NCBI GenBank assembly: GCA_946965045.2
Contig: OX337233.1
Location: 3,658,001 to 3,722,000 of the forward strand
DNA length: 64,000 nucleotides
Reading direction: 5' to 3'
From: Epithemia pelagica
Taxonomy: Eukaryota > Protista > Bacillariophyta
Shown here: piece after piece, positions 10,887-21,666 of the stretch
How positions within the stretch are numbered: position 1 is the first letter of the stretch
Layout of the letters: each line of letters starts with the position of its first letter
Made by a program: the position numbers and the translations under genes
Notes under the pieces: model-generated
Database searches by the model: none
What the model was told of the DNA's origin: nothing
Seen by the model: the letters and a program-made list of their open reading frames with translations, nothing else

Positions 10887-13485
10887 TTAGTGATCCAAAA
10901 TGGGATAGTCCGTGGCGAAAATGGGTTCGAGGAAGCAAACGACCATGAATCGTGTGTCCGTCACTTCTTGCCAAAAGGGCACTTGACTCTCATCCAAACG
11001 GAATTGATTGGTGGCTGCCAACAACAAAGAAACACGGGTTTTCAAGTGTGAGAGTATGAGATTGGGCCGTTTGCCGGCTGGCCAACAAGACGACGACGAC
11101 AAATCAACAATGGTTCCAACCACGTACAGGGAAAGTTGGTGTCGGTTCCGGCAACGACACAATAGTCATCGACCACAATCAACTGTTCATTCGTGACTTG
11201 AGTCTGAGCATACTTGAAGATGCCATTGCCATCGACATCCCAGGGATCGTCAATGCTGTGCGCAAGACGAACCAACAACAAGAAGAAGAACCAACACGCA
11301 TGAGAAAACCAGTCACTCGCACCAGTCAGGAAATACACATCATGATACGAACAAGAACGTACTCGTGATAGTTGAGAATGCACTTTTTGTTGCGCATGAC
11401 CATATCGTCGTCAAGATCCAACAGATCCACGACACAGACCTTGTTGGCGGGCATGCGGGGGGCGGGGAAAAAGTATCCCGACGGAAAGCCATTGCGTTCA
11501 ATCACGACAATCTTGTTGGACGAACCGGGAATGGGCGAGGTATCGGCAATGTTGCCGGCGCCGCGTTCCAAGGGATAAAAGCCCAAAAATTCGGTAAATT
11601 CGGGAGGATTCTCGGGCGTACAGTCTCCCGGATTGACGCGGTAAACACGGACACCGGGTTCGTCGCCCAAGGTGGTGTCACCCGTTTTCTTTTCCACAAA
11701 GGCCGCAATGGTACCATCGGCCAAGATGGAAAATCCCTGTACAACAAGTAAGCAACAACAACAACAAAGAAGAAGCAGCATGTGAGCACCCCTCATTCAC
11801 ACACAAGTATGGTTGGTAGGCTCGACCATAGTAGTATCCAACAAGTAAACTTGCCTCATAACCACCACTGGGATCGTGTTTGCGATATTCCGAGTTGTCC
11901 ACCACTTCCGAGTCGACGGCCGGACATTCATTGGCTTCAAGGGATTCAATGGAACAATGAACCTTGTCACCACGGGTGGACAAGAACTTGCCATTAAAGT
12001 TACCGTCTTCGTCAATGTCGGGTGTACTAAAAGAACAAGAACAAAAGAGAAACAAGATCGCATGAGAACCAGTACAACACGACACAACCACCACACACTC
12101 CACAATATTCGTACCGGACAAAGGGCGACATGACGACACCGGTCAAGGGATTGACGGAGAAAATGGCCGGCATGAGTTCATCGCCAATCACACCACAAGT
12201 TTGATTGAGGACGGCCAAGCCTTCGACATCAAAATCACGGCCCGTCAAGACGCGCAAACTCTTGAAGGTATCCCAGGTACTGTCGGGGACACCGTACGTG
12301 ACTTGAATGTCGGCTCCATTTTCCCATTGAATATAGCCATTGGGGTCGTGAATGAGGGCCGTGCCCAAATTTTCCGTTTCCGTATACGTTTCAAAGGTGG
12401 ACTCGCCATGACGGTACGTAAAGGGTTTTTGAATCTTCATGTGGACAATGTTGAGAGCATAATCGGCACTGTTGGCACTGCTTCCATAGCCATTGTCAGA
12501 CAGGCAATAGAATTCACCCGTCACCTTGCGGCCTTCTTCATTGTAATAAAATTCAATGTCCGAAAAGCCCACACTGGGAATGTAATTGTAAAAGTCACCT
12601 GGAGGAGTAGCACGAAACAGATTAACACAAGAAGGACGAGCAAGGGTGTGAGAAAACTGCAAGAGAAAGGGAGCAAATGGCATTCACAGTGTGTGCCGTT
12701 TGACACCACACAGTGGATCCATTCATCGCATTCCAGAAAAAGCGCACACACGGCGTTCGATGGATCAACGTACCACGACCAGTACCGGAGGTGACACCTT
12801 GCAAGATTTCGGGGACGGCCGAGTTGGGATAGTTCAACAGACCAACCTATGGCGATACAGAGAGAGGACAGCATCATTGTCAGAATGTGAGAGATATATG
12901 AGGAAAGATTCGTCCGGATTGGTATCCGCGACTGGAAAAGATCGGATAGCTCTACGTACCAAATAGTGGGGTTGATGTTCGACGGGGTGGTCCATCTTGG
13001 CCTTTTCTTCGGGCTCTTCCGGCTCGACGGGTGGGCTGGTGGGCGTTTTGGGGACGGGACGGTAAATCTAGATCCATTATCATTATGTTGTGGAGGATCA
13101 TGAGGTAAGGACACCATCAGTCCGGAGGAACGACCATAGAGTGTCATGTCAGCGTCCAGCATCATGACGAATCCATCCATGAAAGAGAAACAGTATTCAG
13201 GGGTAGGGCCAAACAAACGAGAACGTAAAGGTGAGCGCCTTTGGATCAACAGTATAGGCAGCATGGTTCACTGGTTCCCACTCTGGAGCGTAAGGGTAGT
13301 AGCGATTCTTGTGGACGACGACGTACCGGTTGGGAGGTAGGTTTGGCGGTTGGATGAATATCTTCACTGCGACCTTCCTTCTTGCCATAATCGTCGTAGT
13401 CGTCGTACTTGTCCTTCTTGCCCTTACCGGCAACAACGGCCGAGACACTGCAGGCCAACACCAAAGTCGTGGTCGTAAACTTCAT
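10887..13485 (-). CDS. Secreted phytase-like (esterase-like activity of phytase family) beta-propeller protein, 8 exons
   Basis: Signal peptide MKFTTTTLVLACSVSAVVA. Seven introns (one GC-AG) join in frame. Motifs LSDNGYG, DFDVEGLAV, IGDELMPAIF, YEGFSILADG, VIERNGFP, DTNFP. Confidence 0.8.
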
Positions 13486-13991
13486 GGTTGATCTTCTGCT
13501 TGCGGTTTCCAAAGATTTGGGCTTGCTTTTGTGTGTTGTTGGTTGGAGTCAAACCACTCCAATGGATCCATGGAGTGCATCCCAAAGAATGAGGGGCGAC
13601 GCGAAAATCTCAAATTTTGGGCCATGCAGGCGCGCTGACACATATGGAATCTCGATCGAATCTTCCGGTTCCCACTGAGATGTACCTCGTTTTGGAAAGA
13701 AGCACGGCAATCGACAATCGAGAAGATAGAAGAAGACCTAGCGGTGGTGGCAAGTTTACGGACACGGCGTTTGGTATGGAGCCAGTGCAACCACACCTAT
13801 ATCTCCAGCGTTCTCCCGTTCGGTCATGCTCCAGTTCCAATCCAGCCACCATGTTCGTTGTGAGAAGTCCACTTATCAAGTGCAAACTGGAATCTTTGGC
13901 CAAGGACCAGCCACAACGTAAAGAAACAGGTTGTACCACCACATAGGCAACAAGGAATCCTCCACAACAGGAACCGAAGATTCGTCTTCTC

Positions 13992-14145
13992 CGGATTCAT
14001 ACACACACATGCGCCCGAAAATTTCCAACTGCTGGCACTGCCAAAAGAAGCAGACACCAACCAGCACACGGATTCATACACACACATGCGCCCGAAAATT
14101 TCCAACTGCTGGCACTGCCAAAAGAAGCAGACACCAACCAGCACA
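13992..14145. repeat. Perfect tandem duplication, 2 x 77 bp
   Basis: CGGATTCATACACACACATG...AACCAGCACA at 13992-14068 and 14069-14145. Confidence 0.93.
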
Positions 14146-15364
14146 ACGGGTCGTCGTTGAGTCCGTTGTGTTGCCACTTGAGGAAGGTCATGCTATTGGA
14201 TTCGGCTGCTGCTGGTGGGAGTGTCCTCTTTGGTCCAATGCTCGACAAAAGGGCAACAGTACTCATTCGAAGCTCTTGCCAAGCAGACGGTCAATCTGGA
14301 TCCCTGATGCGCACGTGCGCAAAAAGTGGTTTCGAAACACTGTGGCAACCGAGCGGTTACACCAAATCACAGCCACCACCACCACACCACCATGACTGGG
14401 CGCATGCAATAGAGAGCACCACAATGGATGGACGACTCGTCACGCTGTGGCTACCTACCTAGTAAGGATGGGGACCTTTTGTTACCGAGGAGAGCCATGC
14501 TGCAACGCACAAAACAGTATCATGCCGACGTTGGGATCATTGTTTCCGTCAGTGGTACCACCCTCCGTTTCGTCGTGTCGAGAACCACCTCCCACCAACC
14601 GCACCGACCTAGATGGTTTGGTTTGCTTTTGTGGCTCTGTCCCCTCTTTTGGTATGGATGATGGTGTTATTCTTTGTTGCACCATTCACCACACATGAGA
14701 GACACAAACGGCACATCGTTCCAGTCGTACGATCATTGCGGCAAAACATACCTCGACTACTACCTCGAAAGAGTACCTCCTCCTAGTTCTGTTTGTGTCA
14801 TGTGACTTGCCTTGGAAGGTAGAAAGTAGGACGTGGTTGGATGGTTGCACCGACAAGGACACTCCGTATACTATCGTCAAACGGGTTGACCCGCTCACCG
14901 GTCAATGACAAAGTGACGATGGTGTGGGATCTCCCAAAGACTATCCTGGCTATCTGTTGGCGTCGAAACGAGGAGGTCATTTGACTGGAGTGCTACAGGG
15001 GATATCGTACAATCCCCAGAGATTCTAGAGTTACAACTATTAACATTAGATAAATTATTTACGAAAGTCAAACGCTGAAAAGTTCAAATCTGTAATAGAT
15101 CTCGCTGTCCTTCTCTCGCCTTCTCTCCAATGATGCCATCTCGGCTCATCCGATTCTCATTTTCGTCGCCATTCAATCTCCTCATTCATCTCTCCCCCCT
15201 TTGCTCTTTGGACAACCATATTTTGCATTGCGTCCGCGACAGAGGCATTCTGCACGAATCGATTCATTCGACAACAACAAGAGAGTGCGAAACTTTTGTG
15301 GTACAAACGAAACGAGTTTTGCAGCAGACCAGAACCCATCCGTGACATCCACCATCATATCATC

Positions 15365-16735
15365 ATGTCGTCGGACGAATTGTCCATTACCTTGGTGAAT
15401 CCTCAAACCGGTCAATCGGAATTTGTGTCCTTACCACGCACGTTGCCGGTCCAGGATGTGACGGAATTGGCCAGTGCCTTGTTTGGTGCACATGCCGCGA
15501 CACAAACCATTCAATTGTTCAAGGATGGACAAGGGTTGACTACGACGTCGAATACGAATACATTGCAACAAGCGGGCATTGTGGCGGGAGATGTACTGGT
15601 GGTCATGATTTCCGCCAAGGGACAACCACAGCAACAATCTCAACGACCACGACCCGAATCGGCTCGACCATCACCACGAAGCAACAACAACAACAACACG
15701 AGCGCATCCTCGGGTGGCTTGGATTTTTCCAACTTGTTGGCATCGTCCAATACGAATACAACCACAACACCCTCCTCCTCCTCCATTAGTACAACGACAC
15801 CCGGTCCTCCCGTGTACATTTCCGGCATGTCGGTGGAAGATGCCATGTCGTACAATCCGCATCCACAGAACATTGTCACTTTGTTGCAAACGCACCAGCA
15901 CTTGTTTAAGGAATTGCGACATCATCAACCCCACTTGGCGCAACAATTGGAAGGACAACCCCGTGATCGGGCCATTGCCATTTGGCGGGAACAAATGGTC
16001 AAGGGTGGCATTCGACAAGCCATGCAACAGACGCAACACTATCATTTACAAGAAACCATGCGCAACCGATTGCAACGCAATCCCAACGACACGGAGGCAA
16101 AAGAATATTTTGCCAAGCAAGAACGACAAACCAAGGTGAATGAACAATATCGGCAAATGATGGAAGAATATCCCGAATCGCTCGGTCGTGTCCTCATGCT
16201 CTATGTACCCGCCAAGATTAATGGTCATGAGATTGCCGCCTTTTGCGATTCCGGCGCGCAAATGACCATTTTGAGCAAACGGTTGGCGACGCAAGTGGGA
16301 TTGGCCGATTACATTGATACCCGTTTTGCCGGTGTCGCGGCCGGGGTCGGGACGGGCAAGATTTTGGGACGCATTCACATTTTGCAATTGCAATTGGGAC
16401 ACTTGTATTATCCCTGTTCGGTTTCCGTCATGGACGATCCACCCCCCGGTGCGACGGAAATGCCCTTTTTGCTCGGCCTTGACATGATGAAACGACATAC
16501 CATGCAACTCGATTTGCAACATTCGGTCTTGCGTTTGTGGACACCGGATGGGACGGCCTCGTGCATTGAATTTTTGCACGAAAAAGATTTGGATGCCAGT
16601 CAAGGAGGAACCAAAGGGTTTGATGCCGAACAAGCCAATCAAGAATTTTTGCAACGATTGCAACAACAACAAGAAAAGGACGACGACGACAAGGACGACC
16701 AGAAACCCAAAAAGCCCGATGCACCATCCTCCTAA
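15365..16735 (+). CDS. DDI1: DNA damage-inducible protein 1 homologue (UBL, helical domain, retroviral-like aspartyl protease)
   Basis: N-terminal ubiquitin-like segment. YPESLGRVLMLYV, AFCDSGAQMTILS, DTRFAGVAAGVGTGKILGRIH, FLLGLDMMKRH. Confidence 0.93.
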   Translation: MSSDELSITLVNPQTGQSEFVSLPRTLPVQDVTELASALFGAHAATQTIQLFKDGQGLTTTSNTNTLQQAGIVAGDVLVVMISAKGQPQQQSQRPRPESARPSPRSNNNNNTSASSGGLDFSNLLASSNTNTTTTPSSSSISTTTPGPPVYISGMSVEDAMSYNPHPQNIVTLLQTHQHLFKELRHHQPHLAQQLEGQPRDRAIAIWREQMVKGGIRQAMQQTQHYHLQETMRNRLQRNPNDTEAKEYFAKQERQTKVNEQYRQMMEEYPESLGRVLMLYVPAKINGHEIAAFCDSGAQMTILSKRLATQVGLADYIDTRFAGVAAGVGTGKILGRIHILQLQLGHLYYPCSVSVMDDPPPGATEMPFLLGLDMMKRHTMQLDLQHSVLRLWTPDGTASCIEFLHEKDLDASQGGTKGFDAEQANQEFLQRLQQQQEKDDDDKDDQKPKKPDAPSS

Positions 16736-17058
16736 CACTCACACAACAAGATTGTCCTACTAGAACACCATGTCGTTCCTCTAATAGCTAGTAGTAGAGA
16801 CACCAGATTCTCTCCATCGGATCCAATATAGAAGTAGGCGTAGCTTAGGAAGCGAGTCGAAAAGGATACGACGGGCGGGATGGATGCTCGCAATGTCGCA
16901 CGCCAGGCGCATGGCTTGCGTGAAGACCAGATCTTCGTTTGAAATTCGGCCATGACATGAGAGCCGAACACAATTTGAGGATTTCCTGCAAACTGAGGAT
17001 TTCCTGCAGAAACTGTGGAGCAGACGATCTTTGACATTATTGTGGACATTGTGTAAGC

Positions 17059-18486
17059 ATGTCCATTCAAACACGTTCCACCGCCACCTTGCTTGCTCGG
17101 TTTCAAGAGTTGCAACGGGAGGAGGAGGAGATAGTGACGGAACTCCGACGAAGAGCTGCCGAAAACGAGCCCGAGGACGATGACGAGGATGGAGACGAGG
17201 TGCCGGAAGCAAATGAACCGGTGCAACTCGCAGAGGAACCCAATTTGGACCGGTTCCAAGTAGCAAGAGGAGGAAATCGACGAACCATCTCGGGCCATAG
17301 GCTAGAAGCAGAGTTCTCCGGACTGACTTTTACTACTGACAACGAGGCAGCACCCAACTGGCAGGTCGCGGACTGGCCTCCACTGCCGTTTGATTTGAGT
17401 GAGCATAATGCATGCGATACATCCGTGGCATCCGTGGTGGTGCAGAACCCAGCCGCTGGCCACAATAGCAAGAGTGGCACATCAACTGTCGTGGTACTCT
17501 CGACTCACAATGAATCCAATATGGTTCATTTCTTAGAGGTGGATGATACTACACAGAACTTGTGCTGGCGCATCAGACCAAGCATGAACCGAACAAGACT
17601 GTCTCTCGCTGCCGTGGTCTGTCGTGGTTATCTGTATGCTATTGGCGGAATGTGTATGAACTCTGAGGAGCGCCTTGATACCATGGAACGCATTGACATT
17701 CAAGAGTTGCTTGGATCATCCTTGCATGGGAGTCCTTCTACAAACAATCAAGGCGGATGGACGACGTTGGAGTGTCACTTGTCGGAAAAACGATGGGGCT
17801 GCTCGGCGGCTGTGGTAAAAGAACGATTTATCGTAGTGGCGGGTGGCGAAGGTTATATGAGTACTCATACATCCATCGATATTTTGGATACGGCGGCATC
17901 CAGCACTCAAAATCCTTGTGGTGTCTCCGTTCTGGCCGGGCCACCCATGAATATCAGGAGAACTACTTTTGCAATGGCGGTGATTGGGTCACGTATCTAT
18001 GCCGTCGGTGGCTTTAACCATGAAGAGGACGTGCTGAGGTCTGTGGAGTACCTAGAATTGGATGATTGGGTGCTGGAAGGACCAGAAGGAGGGCCGCAAC
18101 GCAGCATAGTCATCTCCCCCTCCAACGAGGTATCCTCCTGCTGGACCAACACATGGAGGAACCACCCACAGTTGGCTCTGTACACTCCTCGAAGTTTCAT
18201 TGGAATGGTCCGAGTAGGATCTTGTCTCGTGGTGGTTGGTGGGGAAGACGGCACAGAGAACGGGTCGCGTTCGGTGCAAGTTCTCGATACTGAACGCAAC
18301 TCGTCATGGGAGCTGCCCGATATGATTGAGGAACGGTCTGGTTGTACCGTGGTGGCCCATTCCACCACTGGTATTGTGGCGATTGGTGGTTCCCGCTCTA
18401 CAACATGTGAAAGACTGCCATTGGTGGACCAGAAATCGGCCTGTTTTGCTCGGTGCATGGCACTCGGGAGGGCTCCCAGGTTTTGA
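17059..18486 (+). CDS. Coiled-coil + Kelch-repeat protein, paralogue 1 (475 aa)
   Basis: Repeated Kelch signatures (YLYAIGG, FIVVAGG, RIYAVGG, LVVVGG, IVAIGG, conserved W). Glu/Arg-rich N-terminal helix. No introns. Confidence 0.9.
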   Translation: MSIQTRSTATLLARFQELQREEEEIVTELRRRAAENEPEDDDEDGDEVPEANEPVQLAEEPNLDRFQVARGGNRRTISGHRLEAEFSGLTFTTDNEAAPNWQVADWPPLPFDLSEHNACDTSVASVVVQNPAAGHNSKSGTSTVVVLSTHNESNMVHFLEVDDTTQNLCWRIRPSMNRTRLSLAAVVCRGYLYAIGGMCMNSEERLDTMERIDIQELLGSSLHGSPSTNNQGGWTTLECHLSEKRWGCSAAVVKERFIVVAGGEGYMSTHTSIDILDTAASSTQNPCGVSVLAGPPMNIRRTTFAMAVIGSRIYAVGGFNHEEDVLRSVEYLELDDWVLEGPEGGPQRSIVISPSNEVSSCWTNTWRNHPQLALYTPRSFIGMVRVGSCLVVVGGEDGTENGSRSVQVLDTERNSSWELPDMIEERSGCTVVAHSTTGIVAIGGSRSTTCERLPLVDQKSACFARCMALGRAPRF

Positions 18487-19300
18487 AGAAAACCACACTT
18501 TTGTGCGGACTGCAAGTTGTGATTCGATGGCTGCACACCCATTTAGTAGAAATACTAGAGTCGATCCCATGAAAGAATGCATCCATTTGTTCTGTGAGTA
18601 TTGCAATGGCACTGTTTGGAGAACCATCTACCTCAATAGGTTCTACCTAGGAAGTCTTCTTTTCTCCAACTAGATACGACGAGTCCCTCTTCTTGTCATT
18701 GAGTATACGTGTGCGACTTATATCCGTAGCAATGAGTTTGGGTACGATGATGAACTCTTTGTTTCTCCAACTACGACGAGTTGGTCCTCGCGCTTGCTTA
18801 CCAACAATGTTGCCGCTCTCTTTTCTTCTTGGAACGGTTTGTAGACGGGTGCGTCCCATGCGTACCAATGAGTTCGTGTAGTACTTAGTAGTGGGTTGGA
18901 AGAAATAGCCACACTTGTTGGATTGGTATGCGCAAGTTGTGATTCAATGTGCTCCCATTTGGTAGAAACAGTAGAGTCGATCACAGGAACGAATGCATCC
19001 AGTTTAGTGCAATGGTGCTGTATCTGTATGGGGAACCACCTACCTCTCTAGAGGTAGAGGTACTAGCTAGCACCAACTAGGCGTAGCTTAGCGAGTATAA
19101 GATGGCGTATAGCAAAGCGCGCGCATTATCGAACGCCACGCGCATGGCTTGCGTGCAGAGCAGATCTTCGTTTGGAAGTCGGCCATGACAGGAGCCGAAC
19201 ACAATTATTTGAGGATTCCCTGCAAACTGTGTGTGAAAAAGCTGTAAGCATCAAACGATATAAACTTACCTCATGGTGTCCCCATTGACATTGTGCAAGC

Positions 19301-20698
19301 ATGTCCATTCAAACCGTTTCCACTACCACCTTGGTAGCTCGGCTTCAGGAGATCGTGACGGAACTCCGACGAAGAGCATCCGAAAATGAGCCCGAGGGTG
19401 GAGCCGGAGACGATGAAGCGATAGAAGCACACGAGCCCGTGCAGCTAGAAGAGGGACCCAACTTTGAACAGTTCCCCGAAGAAGAAGAACAAGAAGAAGG
19501 AGGAGGAGGAGGAGAAGGAAATCAACGCACCATTTCTGGCCATGCGAGAGAAGCAGAGCTCTCCGGACTGACTTTTATGGACAGTCACCAGGAATCACCC
19601 AACTGGCAGGTCGCAGACTGGCCCCCACTGCCGTTTGATTTGAGTGAGCATGATGCATCCGTGACATCCGTGGCCTGTGTTGTGGTGCAGAATTCCGCCA
19701 GCCACAACTGCCAGAGTGGCACATCAAATGTAGTTTTACTGTCGACTCACGATGAATCCAATATGGTTCATTTCTTACAAGTCGATGATACTACACAGAA
19801 CTTTTCCTGGCGCATCGGACCAAGCATGATCAGAACAAGAAAGGATTCCGCTGCCGTGGTATGTCGTGGTTATCTGTACGCCATAGGTGGAATGTGTATG
19901 GACTCTGATGATCGCCTTGATACAATGGAACGCATTGACATTCAAGAGTTGGTTGGATCCTCCTCGAATGGGAGTCCTTCTACAAACAATCAAGGCGGAT
20001 GGACGACGTTGGAGTGTCACTTGTCGGAAAAACGATGGGGCTGCTCGGCGGTTGTGGTAAAAGAACGATTTATCGTAGTGGCGGGTGGCGAAGACTATAC
20101 GTGGACTCATACATCCATCGATATTTTGGATACGGCGACATCCACCGTTCTGGCCGGGCCACCTATGAATATCGGGAGAACTAATTTTGCAATGACAGTG
20201 ATTGGGTCACGTATCTATGCTGTTGGTGACTTTGACCAAGAAGAGGACGTGAGCTCTATCGAGTACCTGGAATTGGATGATTGGGTGATGGAAGGACCAG
20301 GAGGAGGGCCGCAACGCAGCATAGTCATCTCCCCCTCCAACGAGGTATCCTTCATTTGGACCAACACATGGAGGATCCACCCCCAGTTGGCTCTGTACAC
20401 TCCTCGAAGTTTCATTGGAATGGTCCGAGTAGGATCTTGTCTCGTGGTGGTTGGCGGGGAAGACGGCACAGAGAACGGGTCGCGTTCGGTGCAGGTTCTT
20501 GATACTGAACGCAACTCGTCATGGGAGCTGCCCGATATGATTGAGGAACGAGTTGGTTGTACCGTGGTGGCCCACTCCACCACTGGTATTGTGGCGATTG
20601 GTGGTTCCCGCTCTACAACATGTGAAAGACTTCCATTGGTGGACCAGAAATCGGCCTGTTTTGCTCGTTGCATGGCACTCGGGAGGGCCCCCAGGTAA
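19301..20698 (+). CDS. Coiled-coil + Kelch-repeat protein, paralogue 2 (465 aa)
   Basis: Same architecture. The 3' half is nearly identical to paralogue 1. Confidence 0.9.
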   Translation: MSIQTVSTTTLVARLQEIVTELRRRASENEPEGGAGDDEAIEAHEPVQLEEGPNFEQFPEEEEQEEGGGGGEGNQRTISGHAREAELSGLTFMDSHQESPNWQVADWPPLPFDLSEHDASVTSVACVVVQNSASHNCQSGTSNVVLLSTHDESNMVHFLQVDDTTQNFSWRIGPSMIRTRKDSAAVVCRGYLYAIGGMCMDSDDRLDTMERIDIQELVGSSSNGSPSTNNQGGWTTLECHLSEKRWGCSAVVVKERFIVVAGGEDYTWTHTSIDILDTATSTVLAGPPMNIGRTNFAMTVIGSRIYAVGDFDQEEDVSSIEYLELDDWVMEGPGGGPQRSIVISPSNEVSFIWTNTWRIHPQLALYTPRSFIGMVRVGSCLVVVGGEDGTENGSRSVQVLDTERNSSWELPDMIEERVGCTVVAHSTTGIVAIGGSRSTTCERLPLVDQKSACFARCMALGRAPR

Positions 20699-21136
20699 GA
20701 AGCCACACTTGTGTGCGGTATGCAATTTGTGATTCGATGGCTTTGCACCCATTTAGTAGTGATATTAATTTCCGGTGTCTAGTCCTTTTAAGGAGGGTCG
20801 CCCGGCGCGAAGGGTAGAATGACGAGGAGGGAACACGTCAAGGAGGGCGAATGCCCGTCGAGACGTGTTCCCGACGAGGCATTCTCCCGACAAGCCGGGC
20901 GCCCGACGCGAAAGGACGGCCAGACACAAGGGAATTTAAATATGCTTACTCCATATCTAGCTATGTAGGTAGTGGCTACCGCCCCGTTGTTATTTAACAA
21001 ACTAGACATTGCCCGAAATGTCGCTGAGACAGCCTACAACAGGGGCACTAGTAGCAAAATTTCAAACCATCCGTTGTGACTATTACTTAGGCCCCCCGAT
21101 CTCGTCGACGTTCCTTCCCTCTCGTTCTCAAAAACC

Positions 21137-21218
21137 AGGAAGGAAGGAAGGAAGGAAGGAAGGAAGGAAGGAAGGAAGGAAGGAAGGAAGGAAGGAAGGA
21201 AGGAAGGAAGGAAGGAAG
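21137..21218. repeat. (GGAA)n microsatellite, ~20 units, inside the Crypton-like element
   Basis: Uninterrupted AGGA run read directly. Confidence 0.97.
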
Positions 21219-21666
21219 ACGATGAGATTGTGCTTTCGACGGCTCCATCCTATCTAAACCATTGTTTGTAGCCATGAATATTATAGACTTAGTAACTACA
21301 AGCGAGGATGACTCATCCAGCTCTTCGGATTCCTCCACCTCGATGATGTTCGTCTTCGAGGATGACAACATGTGGAATTGGAACCACGAGTACGTTCCGA
21401 GGTTCCTTGAGTGCACTGGAGAGTCTGAGGAGCACAGTCTCTCCAGTGACCCATGGATCATGAAACGCTCTTCCAAATGGTAAGTTTTTACGTCTGATTG
21501 TTGCGATTTCAGCTTGTTTCACGCAATGGAACGCCATTTTGGCCATGGTGGTCTTCCTTTTCTTCCCAAATTCTTCCCGGTCGCACTTGGCATTTCAAAA
21601 TCTCACACTCGTTTCTACTCGTTCATTCTTCATAATCCGTTGGAATCCAAAAGTCGAAAGGCCGCC

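Noticed and set aside
13500-15100. Protein-coding gene in the phytase-DDI1 intergenic region
   Set aside because: Only short overlapping ORFs on both strands, with no recognisable motif or consistent splice pattern.
15365-16735. Retrotransposon-derived protease fragment
   Set aside because: The UBL-helical-RVP architecture and motifs are those of cellular DDI1, and there are no flanking TE features.
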